64,000 nucleotides of DNA from Eledone cirrhosa (lineage: Eukaryota), in the NCBI GenBank assembly GCA_964016885.1, contig OZ024760.1, positions 19,220,001 to 19,284,000 on the forward strand, in the 5' to 3' direction. How positions within the stretch are numbered: position 1 is the first letter of the stretch; each line of letters opens with the position of its first letter. This document shows, piece by piece, positions 45,669 through 60,887 of this stretch. Made by a program: the position numbers and the translations under genes. A model generated the notes under the pieces. It had not been told where the DNA came from. It saw only the letters and a program-made list of their open reading frames with translations, and did no database searches.

Positions 45669-47430
45669 AGGTTCTCCTTATAGAGTACACATTCTTGTCT
45701 TATCTTATCTTAGATCTGCAACTCCTGGGGGAGCTGTAGGGGCGCCGCAACGACATACGGCATTTCTAGGGCAATTTTTAAAACCTGACAAAGCCCAACT
45801 CCTCTCCAAGTTTAAATACAGCAGATGTCTTTCAGAGAAGGATAGTGAGAAAGAGATATAGAGGAAGGATCTGCCCCTGTACTAGACTGGTATTATATTT
45901 GTATGTATGGTCCCGTAACTCCTGAGGGAGTTGGGGTGCCACAGTGATATACGGCATTTCCTGGGCAATTTTTTTTAAAACCTGGCAGAGCCTACCTTCT
46001 CTCCAAGTTTAAATACAGTAGATTTCTTTCAAAGAAAGATAGAAAGTGAGAAGGAGATATAGAAGTAGGATCTACCCCAGTACTTGACTGCTACATTTTT
46101 TTTGACATGCATTCATAAATGCATCCTTGCATACATACATTCATAAATACATGCTTGCATACATACATTTCATAAATGCATGCTTGCATACATACTAACA
46201 GGACTAGTTAGGAAATTACAAGTACAATCCATTAATAGAACAGTAAAAATATGGAAAACATTTCAAAAGTGGGGCATCTAGTAACTACATATACACTGAT
46301 ACAGATATACACATATACACATGCACACTTATAACTCAAAACATACACATCCACACATACAATAACATCCATATCTACACATGCATGCCGACATGCATAC
46401 ATATCTTCCTAGTTGCTCTTGTGTAAATACCAATAAGAGAGTCTTGTATCTATGTTAGAAATCGACTCTCTCTATTGGCAAAAATGTGTGAAATTATAAA
46501 ACCAGAACACATACAGACATACATACATACATAGAAGTGAAATATATTTAGAGTTTAGCCGGGGATTAAACCAGCTTACAGATTTACTGCGAGGTTCCCG
46601 ACCCCACCTGATTTAATCTAAGACCCACAACATTACAGCAGTTGTCTTTGACACATTAAAAGTTCTTGACACCAAAGTATATTTTTACTAAATATACTAA
46701 AAATATATTTTATTTTTTTTGCCTGTGGGGAAATATATAAAGTTTAGTGACGTAACCAGGGGAAGTGTAAGAAGATCTGATCTTTGGAGTATGAAAAAAA
46801 AAAAAATAAATGAATAAATAACGGGATCTAAAATCAGCAACAAAAAAAAACACCCAAAAACAAAGATGGTGGTATGTAGTTTACTCAGTATCCCATTTTT
46901 CCTTGTTTGTAGAAGAGATATTTTTGAGAGCTGTTAAGATTTTTTGGGTAACTGATGAGGTGTCAGAGAGAGGAGTGTAAAATTTGAATGAAATATAAAC
47001 ATTACACAAGCTAAAGGATGTTAAGTCTAAGAGATTACGGCTTATCAATGCCACTTGCTAACATTGCGTATATATACACATATACATATATAAATATGTG
47101 TATATTTATATATATATATGTATGTGTGTGTGTATGTATGTGTGTATCTGTGTGTGTGTATATATATATATGTGGATATGTCTGTATATATGTGTGTGTA
47201 TATATATGTGTGTGTGTATATATGTGTATGTGTGGGTATATATATATATATGTGTGTGTGTATATTTATGTGTGTGTGTGTGTATATATATGTGTATATA
47301 TATATATATATAAATATATATAGGGATGAAGGGCGAGAAATTTTGGGCTGATTTAAGTTTAGAGGTAGAGAGTAAATAAATATTTGTAATTGGTGAATGG
47401 AAAAATAGATAACAAATATATTGGCTACAG

Positions 47431-47462
<32 letters not shown>

Positions 47463-47639
47463 CATACACACAGGGTGTCCCCAAAATGTATACATATATT
47501 TATTAGAATGCTGTTGTTGTGTGTATACATTTTTCGGACAACATGTGTATATATATATTTATACACAGACGCATATATATATAAGCGTATATGCATATAC
47601 ATACATATATGTGTGTATATACGTATATATATGTGTATA

Positions 47640-48502
<863 letters not shown>

Positions 48503-49194
48503 GAAAACAAATAACGAAACGAAATTAAATTTCGTTTCGCTTCTAACTCACTTTTGTATGACTGACGCTTAAACAATTAAGTTAAAGTGTACATTTACAT
48601 ATGTATACGGAAGTATTAGTATGCATATAAATACACACATGTATACATATGTACATGTACTCAGCTTTTCACTAGACACTTTACATTGAGTGTCAGCTAG
48701 TCTTTATGTAACCACACAGACGGACCGGGTTTTAGAGTCATACGAGTTTTCAAGGAAACACATTTCCTCTATTCTCCAGAGGGCCAGACAGGAATATTGG
48801 ACTAGTTTCGATGTTATTACATCTCATCAGCAATATTTACCCATCTTCCGGCTTCTCTGGAGAATTGTAAAAGCACATATCTGATATGTGCTTTTACAAT
48901 TCTCCAGAGAAGCCGGAAGATGGGTAAATATTGCTGATGAGATGTAATAACATCGAAACTAGTCCAATATTCCTGTCTGGCCCTCTGGAGAATAGAGGAA
49001 ATGTGTTTCCTTGAAAACCCGTATGACTCTAAAACCCGGTCCGTCTGTGTGGTTACATACAGACTAGCTGACACTCACTGTAAAGTGTCTAGTGAAAAGC
49101 TGAGTACATGTACATATGTATACATGTGTGTATTTATATGCATACTAATACTTCCGTATACATATGTAAATGTACACTTTAACTTAATTGTTTA
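48503..49194. mobile_element. 625-bp fold-back (312-bp arms, 1-nt centre at 48882) of a hammerhead retrozyme related to the 478-bp array
   Basis: Arms 48570-48881 and 48883-49194 with few mismatches; extra tail 48503-48569. Confidence 0.92.
48927..48971 (+). ncRNA. Minimal type I hammerhead (mirror copy at 48793-48837, minus strand)
   Basis: Stem I aauauug/caauauu; CUGAUGA 48934-48940; stem II gaugu/acauc; GAAA 48955-48958; ACUAGU; GUC 48962-48964. Confidence 0.92.
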
Positions 49195-49406
49195 TATATA
49201 TATGAATATATATATATGTTGTTATACCTTGGGAAATTCAGAAACGAAATATATATATATATGAGTATATATGAATATATATATATATGAGTATATATAT
49301 ATGAATGTATATATATATATGAATATATATATGTGTGTATATATAATATGAATATATATATATGTGTGTATATATATATGAGTGTATATATATATGAATG
49401 TATATA

Positions 49407-49452
<46 letters not shown>

Positions 49453-49480
49453 TATATATATATATGAATATATATATATA

Positions 49481-49518
<38 letters not shown>

Positions 49519-49533
49519 TATATATATATATGA

Positions 49534-49564
<31 letters not shown>

Positions 49565-50439
49565 CACATATATATATATATGAATGTATATATGTGTGTA
49601 TATATATATATGAATGTATATGTGTTTATATATATATGAATGTATATATGTGTGTGTGTATATATATATGAATGTATATATGTGTGTGTATATATATATG
49701 AATATATATATGTGAATGTATATGTGTGTACATATATATGAATATATATATGTGTGTGTATATATATGAATATATATATGTGAATGTATATGTGTGTACA
49801 TATATATGAATATATATATATGTGTGTACATATATATGAATATATATATGTATATGTATATATATATGTGTGTACATATATATGAATATATATATATATA
49901 TGTATATATACATGTATATATATGTGTGTATATATATGGATGTATATATATGTGTATATACATATACACGCATTAGTGTTACTAAAACAAACAGTATTTG
50001 GTAGAAAAATGCTTACCCCATTATTTTGTTTATAATCAAGTAATAAAAAAGTAACTCGAGCTCTAAAGTACACAGCGACATCTCTGTTAATTTTTTTAAA
50101 TGTTTCTATTGAATATGAAGAAGTATTTCGTGGTTTCTAAGTAATTTCCCACAGGATTATTTTATTAAAAGGCCTTATCAATGTTAACAGTACACAGGTT
50201 TAAATGTAGAAGATGAAACGTTGGCTAATATAGAACAAAAGACAAGCTCACACCAGAGGGATTTTAAGTTTGTTTTTCCCTCCAAATAAAGTAGCATTTC
50301 TAATATAATGACAACTTGTAGAGAGAGGAAAAAAGGTGGGTTATTCTGGCGTTTGTAGGGTGAGGGAGAAATGTGGGTTATACCGGTGCTTTGCATTATT
50401 ACGCTTGTGTTTTGGGAGCATAGCTTTATGTAAGTACTT

Positions 50440-50800
50440 AAAAGTATGATGGAGGATTGTCTGGATAAACATAAACACTTTAAAAGAAGCAGCTTTGTAT
50501 CTTAAAACCAGGGGAGCTTTTAGTTGGTTTGAAACATAACTTAAAAAAGGTTTGATTTGATAAATATAAACACTTTAAAACAAACAACTTTGTATCATAG
50601 AACCAGGGGTGGTTTTAGTTGGTTTGGAACATAACTTAACAAAGGTTCTTAAATAAAATTATGATGGAAGATTGTTTGGATAAACATAGATACTTTAAAA
50701 AAAAGAACTTTGTATCATAAAACCAGGGGTGGTTTAGTTGGTTTGGAACATAACTTAACAAAGATTCTTGGAAAAAATAGAACCAGGAGCGGTTTCCGCT
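50440..50800. repeat. Degenerate ~100-120-bp tandem repeat, 3 or more copies
   Basis: gataaacataaacactttaaaa...ctttgtatc.taaaaccagggg...tagttggtttg.aacataactt. Confidence 0.8.
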
Positions 50801-51529
50801 AGTTTGGTATCAAAAGTGTTAACGACTTACTGTTATATAAGAACAAAACTATATGAAAGAAATATGAACGCTTCTTGTAAAACATTGCTTGATAACTGGA
50901 ATTCCTACCTTTTCAATATATCTAATGAATCATGACAACTTGGGTTAAATTAGGTGACCTGGTTCCCTAAACTAATTTATATATATTGCGGATATACAGT
51001 GTGGGCGATGTAATAGCGTTTTCTTTTATGTAAAATATTCTGAGTACTAGCAAAGAATTCTTCACTTGTCAACACAGTACGAACGTATAAATAATTTCTT
51101 CAGTAAAAAAAGGTCATCTGCATTCCACCATGTTGCCGACACACCATTGTCGATGTTGTTGATGATGATGTTGATGATGATGATGATAATATTGTTCATG
51201 TTGATGATGATGATATTGTTGATGATAACGACGATGACGATGACGTCGATGGTGATGGTGATGATTTCTTTTTTTTCTTTTAAAAAAAAAGTAAAGAATA
51301 TTCTATTCGTTTACCGCTTTCACTCATTAGACTGCGACCATTCTGGGGCACCGCCTTCATTTAGTTAATCTTATTCTCTCTCTCTCTCTCACGTGTGTGT
51401 GTCTGTGTATATTTGCGTGTTTTTATACACAATATAGGTAACATGACCATGCCAAAATGTGAACACACACAAAAACAAGATGGCGTAGGACAACAAAGGA
51501 GAGGCACAAAACAAAGAAAAGAATCCCCA

Positions 51530-51572
51530 GTCACTGAAGAGGTCACAGAATGTGTGACGAAAGAACTTTGAC
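51530..51572 (+). ncRNA. Hammerhead of the pseudo-LTR type (GAAAGAACUU)
   Basis: Stem I guca/ugac; CUGAAGA 51534-51540; stem II gucaca/ugugac; GAAA 51559-51562. Confidence 0.78.
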
Positions 51573-51876
51573 ACTATATGAACAACCGTCTGGTTGTGGA
51601 ACCAACCAACCGGAAATTTATAAATTTAAAAAAAAAAAAGAATTTTTTAATTTTTTTAATTTTTATTCTTTTGTTTATAATAACTTGGAGTGAAAGCACT
51701 GGTGCGTGTGTTTCTTATTGGCAACATGACCCCCCCCCCAAAAAAAAAAGTATAACAATATATATATATATACATATATACATACACAGACAGACGCACT
51801 CTCGCTCATACAACTTAACCACTCACACGAGATCATTTTCATAATTTCGGCTCTCCCTTTTTTCCTCTCCTACCTC

Positions 51877-51915
<39 letters not shown>

Positions 51916-51939
51916 CACGAATATGTCTATTTATCTGTC

Positions 51940-51982
<43 letters not shown>

Positions 51983-52113
51983 GAATATGTCTATTTATCT
52001 GTCTATGTGTATATATATATATATACGAATATATGTGTCTACTTATCTATCTATATGTGTGTGTGTATATATATATATATATATGTGTGTGTGTATATAT
52101 ATATATATGTGTG

Positions 52114-52164
<51 letters not shown>

Positions 52165-52165
52165 A

Positions 52166-52196
<31 letters not shown>

Positions 52197-52353
52197 GTGT
52201 GCTTACATACATATATATCTACGTGTGTATAGATAAACTCACCCGTTCATATATATAATACATACATATATTTCTCTATATACAAGAAGCTATAACACGT
52301 ATTTATCTTTTCATCAAGCAATTATTTTCCCACGTGAAGAATATAACTCACCA

Positions 52354-53793
52354 AGAACTGTACCTGCTATCATTTTCCAAGGGCATCAATCAAAACAGTA
52401 ATGTAGCATTTACATTTAGTACACATGCTGTGTGAATCAGTGTATGTGTGTTGTGTGTTGTGTGTTGTGTGTTGTGTTGTGTGTTGTGTTGTGTTGTGTT
52501 GTGTGTTGTGTTGTATGTTGTGTTGTATGTTGTGTTGTATGTTGTGTTGTATGTTGTGTTGTATGTTGTGTTGTATGTTGTGTTGTATGTTGTGTTGTGT
52601 TGTATGTTGTGTTGTATGTTGTGTTGTATGTTGTGTTGTATGTTGTGTTGTATGTTGTGTTGTGTTGTGTTGTGTGTTGTGTTGTGTGTTGTGTTGTATG
52701 TTGTGTTGTATGTTGTGTTGTATGTTGTGTTGTATGTTGTGTTGTATGTTGTGTTGTATGTTGTGTTGTATGTTGTGTTGTATGTTGTGTTGTATGTTGT
52801 GTTGTATGTTGTGTTGTATGTTGTGTTGTATGTTGTGTTGTGTGTTGTGTTGTGTGTTGTGTTGTATGTTGTGTTGTATGTTGTGTTGTATGTTGTGTTG
52901 TATGTTGTGTTGTATGTTGTGTTGTATGTTGTGTTGTATGTTGTGTTGTATGTTGTGTTGTATGTTGTGTTGTATGTTGTGTTGTATGTTGTGTTGTATG
53001 TTGTGTTGTGTTGTATGTTGTGTTGTGTGTTGTGTTGTGTGTTGTGTTGTGTTGTTGTGTGTTGTGTTGTGTTGTGTGTTGTGTTGTGTGTTGTGTTGTA
53101 TGTTGTGTTGTATGTTGTTGTGTTGTATGTTGTTGTGTTGTATGTTGTGTTGTATGTTGTGTTGTATGTTGTGTTGTATGTTATGTTGTGTTGTGTGTTG
53201 TGTTGTATGTTGTGTTGTATGTTGTGTTGTATGTTGTGTTGTATGTTATGTTGTATGTTATGTTGTGTTGTATGTTATGTTGTGTTGTATGTTATGTTGT
53301 GTTGTATGTTATGTTGTGTTGTATGTTATGTTGTGTTGTATGTTATGTTGTGTTGTATGTTATGTTGTGTTGTATGTTGTGTTGTATGTTGTGTTGTGTT
53401 GTGTGTTGTGTGTTGTGTTGTGTTTTGTGTTGTGTGTTGTGTTGTGTTTTGTGTTGTGTTGTGTGTGTTGTGTGTTATGTGTGTGTGTTGTGTGGTTATT
53501 GATACTTGGAGAGTCTATCTCTGTGTGTGTGTGTGATGGTACTAGGAGAGACTGTATCTCTGTATTTGTGATTGTGTGTGATGAAATTTGGAGTCTGTAT
53601 CTGTGTTTGTATGTTTGTGTGTATGTGTGTGTGACTGTGTATGTGTTTGTGTTTGCGTGTGTGATTGTTGATAATGGGAGAGTCTGATCTGTGTGTGTAT
53701 TGTGTGAGAACTGAACCTGCTATCATTTTCCAAGGGCATCAATCAAAACAGTAATGTAGCATTTCCATTTAGTACACATGCTGTGTGAATCAG
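52354..53793. repeat. (TGTTG/TATGT)n satellite bracketed by an 87-bp direct repeat
   Basis: 52354-52440 and 53707-53793 are near-identical. Confidence 0.9.
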
Positions 53794-53809
53794 ATGCTGT
53801 GTGAAAGAT

Positions 53810-54755
53810 GACAACAGCCGCAACTAGAGCTTCCACGTCAGGAACAACAGCAGCAACATCATCAACAGCAGCAACAATAACTGCCGCAACGACAGCAACA
53901 GCAACACCACCAATAGCAACCACAGATGCAACAACAGCAAGCAACAACAACAGCAGCAAGCAACCACAGACAACAACAACAACAACAACAGCAACACCAC
54001 CAATAACAACAGCAAGCAACAACAAGCAACAACAGCAAGCAACAACAAGCAACAACAGCAAGCAACCACAGAGACAACAGCAACAGCAACACCACCAATA
54101 GCAACCACAGATGCAACAACAGCAACAACCAGAGACAACAACAACAACAGCAACACCACCAACAACAACAGCAAGCAACAACAGCAAGCAACAACAGCAA
54201 GCAACCACAGAGACAACAACAACAACAACAGCAACACCACCAATAGCAACCACAGATGCAACAACAGCAACAACAGCAGCAACCAGAGACAACAACAACA
54301 GCAACAGCAACACCACCAATAACAACAACAGCAAGCAACAACAGCAAGCAACAACAGCAAGCAACCACAGAGACAACAACAACAGCAACAGCAACACCAC
54401 CAATAGCAACCACAGATGCAACAACAGCAGCAACCAGAGACAACAACAACAGCAACAGCAACACCACCAATAACAACAACAGCAAGCAACAACAGCAAGC
54501 AACAACAGCAGCAACCACAGAGACAACAACAACAGCAGCTACAACAACCAGAGACAACGACGACAATAGCAACAACAGCCACAAAGACACCAACAACAAC
54601 AATAACAACAACAGCAGCTACAGACACCAACAACAATAACAAAAACATATTCAGCTACAACAACAGAAAAAAGCAACAATAACTACAACCGCTACAACTA
54701 CAACATTGACAACAACAAAAGCAACAGCCACAACGACACAAACAATAACAACTGC
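53810..54755. repeat. (CAA/CAG)-rich compound repeat
   Basis: Direct inspection. Confidence 0.9.
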
Positions 54756-54774
54756 AATTTTTTGGGGGAGGGGA

Positions 54775-54936
54775 AAGTTGATTATATCGACCCCAGTACG
54801 TTACTGGTACTTTATTTTATCGACCCCTTGAGGACAAAAGGCAAAGTTAACCTCGGCGGGATTTGAACTCAGACCGTAAAGGGCCGTAACTCTATGCCGC
54901 AAAGCATCGCCTCCGACCCTCTACTGATACTGCCAT
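54775..54936 (-). mobile_element. tRNA-derived SINE
   Basis: B-box and head in reverse orientation. Confidence 0.85.
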
Positions 54937-55029
54937 CATACAAGTACCATATCTGTAGCAGAATCTCTGCAATTCTAGCCTTCCTAATTTAGTCCTCGTT
55001 AAATTTCCACGGAATTATATTTCTTTTTT

Positions 55030-55950
55030 TCCTCCACCACCACCATCATCTCCTCCACCATCACCTCCTCCACCATCACCTCCTCCACCATCACCTCCTC
55101 CATCATCACCTCCTCCACCATCACCTCCTCCACCATCACCACCACCACCAACTCCTCCACCATCACCACCAACTCCACCATTACCACCACCACCAACTCC
55201 TCCACCATCACCTCCTCCATCATCACCTCCTCCACCATCACCTCCTCCACCATCACCACCACCACCAACTCCTCCATCATCACCTCCTCCACCATCACCT
55301 CCTCCACCATCACCTCCTCCATCATCACCTCCTCCATCATCACCTCCTCCACCATCACCACCACCACCAACTCCTCCACCATCACCACCAACTCCACCAT
55401 TACCACCACCACCACCACCTCCTCTACCAACACCACCTTCTCCAACACCACCACCATCTCCACCACCATTACGCCGCCACCGTTACCACCACCACCACCG
55501 CCACCACCACTAGTATCAGCACCACCAACACCCCCACCCCTCTAATTCCACCACCACCACCACTGCCACCCCCCTAACTCCACCACCACCACTGCCACCC
55601 CTCTAACTCCACCACCACCACTGCCACAATCATCATCTGTATCACCTCCTCCAAAACAATAGCATCATCACTGTCACCACTACCATCACCACCACCAACA
55701 ACACCACCACCACCAACAACAACACCACCACCAACAACACCACCACCAACAACACCACCCCTCTAACTCCACCACCACCACTGCCACAATCATCATCTGT
55801 ATCACCTCCTCCAAAACAATAGCATCATCACTGTCACCACTACCATCACCACCACCACCAACAACACCACCACCACCAACAACACCACCACCAACACCAT
55901 CACCATCACCACCGTCACCGTCACCGCCACCACCACCGCCACTGCCGCTC
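55030..55950. repeat. (CAC/CTC/CAT)n compound repeat with an internal duplication
   Basis: Direct inspection. Confidence 0.9.
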
Positions 55951-56194
55951 TCAGATGGAATGAAATAAGAACTAGTTTCAAATGTCGAGTAGAATACTGA
56001 AATGCATTTCGTCTTCCATAATGAGGAAAACTCTGTCTTTGATTAGATTGGAAGTAGAAGAAGGCGGAGAAGAAGAAGAGAGGAATATATATGACATGAA
56101 TAAAAAAAAAAAAACTAAACAAATACCAGATTCAACTCCCACACATTCTCTTTTTAATTAAGTTGCTAAAATATCGGCCGCTCTCTAATGAGAA

Positions 56195-56815
56195 CATCTG
56201 GTGTTCTCTGTCCCATGTTCCCGAACCAATTTGCCTCCCTATTTTACTGTGATCAGGATTCAGATGACCAGCTGCAAGAGCGAACCCCGTGAAGGGATGT
56301 GAAGTGAAGTGATGTGAAGTGATGTGAAGGGTTGTGAAATGAGGTGAACTGGTGTTCTGACGATCCGAGGGTGGTGGGAACATCTGACATTCTCTGTTCT
56401 ACGTCCTTACGTCACCGGAGTCAGGATTTAGATCGCCAGCTGCAAGAACGAACCCTGTGAAGTGATGTGAAGTGAAATGAACTGGTGTTCTGACGATCCC
56501 AGAGTGGTGGGAACATCTAGCAATCTCTGTTCTACGTCCCTAACTTACCGTATCCAGGATTTAGATGGCCTGTTGCAAGGACGAACCTCGTAAAGAGATA
56601 TGATGTGATGTGAAGGGTTGTGAAATGAACTGGTGTTCTGACGATTCCAGTGTGGTGGAAGTATCTGGCATTTTCTGTTCTACGTCCCTAACTTACCGAA
56701 GTCGGAATTTAGATGGCCATCTACAAGAACGAACCCCGTGAAGGGATGTGAAGGGTTGTGAAATAAACTGGCATTCTCTGTTCTCGAACGAAACTATGTC
56801 CCTAACTTACCGTAG
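56195..56815. repeat. Degenerate ~130-150-bp tandem repeat, about 4.5 copies
   Basis: ctctgttctacgtccctaacttaccg...ggatttagatggcc...gcaagaacgaaccc.gtgaag.gatgtgaa. Confidence 0.85.
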
Positions 56816-56917
56816 TCACGATGGAAGTGGTTGTCCGTAAAAGCACGAGCCCTATCGAAGTTCACTGTCATCTTGTCGAATTTATAGTTATAAAAATATA
56901 TATTATAACCATTATAT

Positions 56918-57266
56918 CGGTGAATTGGCAGTATCGGTAGAGGGTTGGACGCCATGCTTTCTAGCATAGTTACGTCCCTTTACAGTCTGAGTTCAAATCC
57001 CGCCGATGTTAACTTTGCCTTTCATCCTTACGGGGGTCGATAAAATAAAGTACCAGTAATGTACTTGGTAATTGCTGGCCTTGTGCCAAAAAGTAAAAAT
57101 AATTATTACATATATATACACATACATATATAATATGTATATGTAATAATTATTTCTACTTTTGGCACAAGGCCGGCAAATCTCCAATACATTACTGGTA
57201 CTAAAATAAAGTACCAGTAATGCACTGGGCAATTGCTGGCCTTGTGCCAATAGTAGAAACAATTAT
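56918..57266 (+). mobile_element. Full-length SINE (56918-57108) followed by an inverted pair of tail fragments
   Basis: A- and B-boxes present; tail fragments at ~57148-57202 (minus) and ~57203-57266 (plus). Confidence 0.88.
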
Positions 57267-58200
57267 ATATATTTCCCCGTTCTCCTCTTTCACTCACACG
57301 CTCAGTGTCTGGAAGAAAGTGGCTGGGCTCTGACAGAAATAATACCCTCACTCCAACAAGTCCATCAGGAGTTACGGCTGTATACAAACATCATGAAGGT
57401 GGTCTTTACGGCTACTCTCGGGTCTCGAATAATGCCCCACCCTCTTATTAATGTTTTCATATTTTTCCACCACATCCCCTCTTATTGCAAACCCCTCGCT
57501 TATTTAATTTAGCTAAACTATCTCCAGCGAAATGTTATTTTAAGTAGTAGCATTCCTGCGAGAAGTAATTTTCAAAATGTATCATCAGTAGCTTGTCTCC
57601 CGTAGTCTAACAGACCCTGATACAAAAACAACAAAAAAGACTATGACACAGCGCTTCCCTCCCAGACAAAAACATTAAATTAACAATTCCCACTTTATTC
57701 TATTTATAATTAATTATAATTAATTCAAATTTTAAGTTTGTCTTCCCTGCAAGCTTTGAAAATAATAAACTATTATTACAATGGTTTATATTCTTTTCCC
57801 CTCGCTACGGGTGTAATTTTAATGAATTGAAGTAAATTTCTAGTCCTTACTACACTTAGTGTTTTAATACATATATGACTGTTTGCTTTTCTTGCAAAGG
57901 AGGTCCCCCGCATTCTTTATTGAAAATAAACAGACTGGCTTAAATAGACAAACTGTCAAAATCTGAAATATAAACATTGAACACAACATCAATTCTAGAA
58001 TTACACACGCATTACACACACATACATATATAGACACACTCACACAGACATATATAAACACACTCACACAAACTCACACTTACACATTCAAACACACAGT
58101 CACAGACACACACACAGACACATACACACACAGACACATACACACACGTGCATTTCACACACTCGCACAGAGATATGTATAATATATATCATATATGTAT

Positions 58201-58243
<43 letters not shown>

Positions 58244-58355
58244 GAATTAATGCAAACTGTTTTCTTTTAATTTGGTGGGTGGCAGTATGGATAGAGCGTC
58301 AGACACCATGCGTTGTGGTATATAGTTACATCCCTTTACGTTATGAGGTCAACAC

Positions 58356-58388
<33 letters not shown>

Positions 58389-58661
58389 ACCAAACTATTA
58401 GCAGAAAAGGATGGACAGAGAAACGAACTCCCTTCTCTGAATGAACATGTGTGAAAATTAATTTTTCTTCCCCTTTTTATTTTTATTATTATTATTATTT
58501 GTACAAATATGCAGCTTAACAATATTCTGCATATATGCAATTGACAATGCATACAATACTGAAACCGGTATTGCAAATAGATTAATGTTTTGATATTTCA
58601 CTGAAAAAATCTCTTCAGCATTTTCTACTGAAAAGAAAAAACTCTTTCCTTTCTACAATTT

Positions 58662-58703
<42 letters not shown>

Positions 58704-58812
58704 CTCCAGTTCCCCAGTGAATTAACAACCCAACAAGGAACTGGGCATATCAGAGTATTGACAATATCATACACCTAAACAACATATGTACTTGTCTATA
58801 CCATACTAATTC

Positions 58813-58867
58813 ACTGCCTGAAGAGGTCACAGCCAAAGATGGCTGTCACTGAAATATATATAGCAGT
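58813..58867 (+). ncRNA. Type I hammerhead in a solo insert (58702-58912) within (TA)n
   Basis: Stem I acugc/gcagu; CUGAAGA 58818-58824; stem II ggu-acagcca/uggcugu-acu; GAAA 58851-58854; (AU)n palindrome; AUA site. Confidence 0.85.
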
Positions 58868-59405
58868 AATAAACGAAGCTAAATTTTAATCATTTGACTT
58901 TTATTTAACTTTATATATATATATATAATGTAATGTGTATATATATGTAAGTATGGTTTGAAACAACGAGCGAGTTTGAAATTAGAAATAGAAGCTTCTG
59001 CCGTATTTTTTTTAATAAAATTTTTTTAGCCTCGTAGTGATGTTTAGAACCCTCTAAGGAATCGAAAAAGATGAGTATTAATGTACAAGTGATATGTATA
59101 TATATATATATATATGCGTGTGTATATATATATGTATATATATATATATATATATACAGTATTTTCCGTAGTGTTGTAATATAATATATTCCGATGAAAT
59201 GACAGTTGATAATAACATTGAAATATTGAATGTCTGCATAACTAATACTTTGTAGATAGCAGCTGTTTTCAGGTTATGTAACTGTTATAGAAACACGTGT
59301 CAATAAATTCCTTTTAACTAAACTGTATCCATTAAAATCCTTCTCTCTATATATATATATGCGTGTGTGTGTGTGTACATATATATATGTGTGTGTGTAT
59401 GTATG

Positions 59406-59451
<46 letters not shown>

Positions 59452-60067
59452 GTTCCTTTTAATTAGTTATATAATCAATATATAAAACATATGTTTCCTA
59501 GATTTCGCTGACCAGCATTCAAACTATTCAAGACTGCGTAATAACTGTAGGGTGTAAACACACTTATTTAATAATATATCATTATATAGCTATGATATAT
59601 ATATATACACATATATACATATATATATTTATATGAATCTATGAGTGTATGTATGCATATATATATATATATATAAGGTCTGCTTATATTAGGGATTGTG
59701 TTTCGGGGAAGACCAAAAATCTGTTTTATGTTCATTTTCTTTATCCGCTCTCCTGAACATGAGATTTCCACAATCAAAACTTATTATATATATATATCTA
59801 TAAATAGTGTTGAAAATAATATGAGTACACACGATGTATTTATAATAAGGAGAAAACATAGGGAAAAAAATTACTTAAATTTGATTGTTAATGAGCCGGA
59901 GGAGAGGAAATTAACTTGTAACAGCAACAAACTTTAGGAATACATATACTTTGGTTTTCTCACGGTAACTCTGACTAAAGAATCGTTAGTGTTTGCTATT
60001 TTACTAAGGGGACAGCAGCTGTGTGACAACAACTCCTTTAATTCGAGTCAAGTAATTCTGGTAATAT

Positions 60068-60222
60068 AATAATTGTTTCTACTTTTGGCACGAGGCCAGC
60101 ATTATCTCAGTGTATTACTGGTACTTTATTTTATCGACCCCGGCGGGATTTGAACTCAGATCATAAATGGCCGTAACACTTTGCTGCAAAGCGTGGCGTC
60201 CGACCCTCTACCAATACTGACA
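60068..60222 (-). mobile_element. SINE, internally deleted
   Basis: Homology to the full-length copies. Confidence 0.85.
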
Positions 60223-60479
60223 AATAATAATAAACATGTATAATACACTCTACTCTACTCTGGTATTGAGCACTTTTCCTCATATTTGCAAACCTAATAT
60301 ATATATATATATATATACGTGGGAGAGTAAAAAATCGGAGAATAGACCGTTAAAACATGTTTATTTAAAATATCACCTACGTACGTTTCGCTACTTGGCA
60401 AATAACTATATGTATCACCTATCCCACCTTTTTTTCTCTTTACGTAAATACGTAAATACTATATATTTACGTAAATACG

Positions 60480-60516
<37 letters not shown>

Positions 60517-60537
60517 AATAGAGAGAGAGAGAGAGAG

Positions 60538-60677
60538 GAAAAGAGTCAGGACCCCGACGTCTGAGCTAGATTTCGACAGCTAGATCCGAACTCTTTTCCT
60601 ATTACCCACTCTACTACCGTAAGTATCGAGTACGCTGGTGTGTTATGGTCCTCCTGGTTCTTTACCACACTTTCTTT

Positions 60678-60680
<3 letters not shown>
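60538..60680 (+). mobile_element. Third member of the 12.9-kb fold-back family
   Basis: gaccccgac.ctgagct arm plus cctattacccactctactac... tail running into (TA)n. Confidence 0.8.
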
Positions 60681-60713
<33 letters not shown>

Positions 60714-60716
<3 letters not shown>

Positions 60717-60887
60717 AAAAAGAGATGAAATCGAAAATGCAACTGAAGTCTTATTTTTTTTTTAAATATATATATTTAAAAAAAAAATAAGACTTCAGTT
60801 GCATTTTCGATTTCATCTCTTTTTCTTTATACTTTCACTCGTGTAGGACACCTCGGTTATTTTTCATTTTGTAAAAAAAAACCTCAC

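Noticed and set aside
56355-56660. CTGACGA in three units of the ~140-bp tandem repeat as a hammerhead
   Set aside because: Followed by GGAAC/GGAAG rather than GAAA, with no stem III, NUH or stem I
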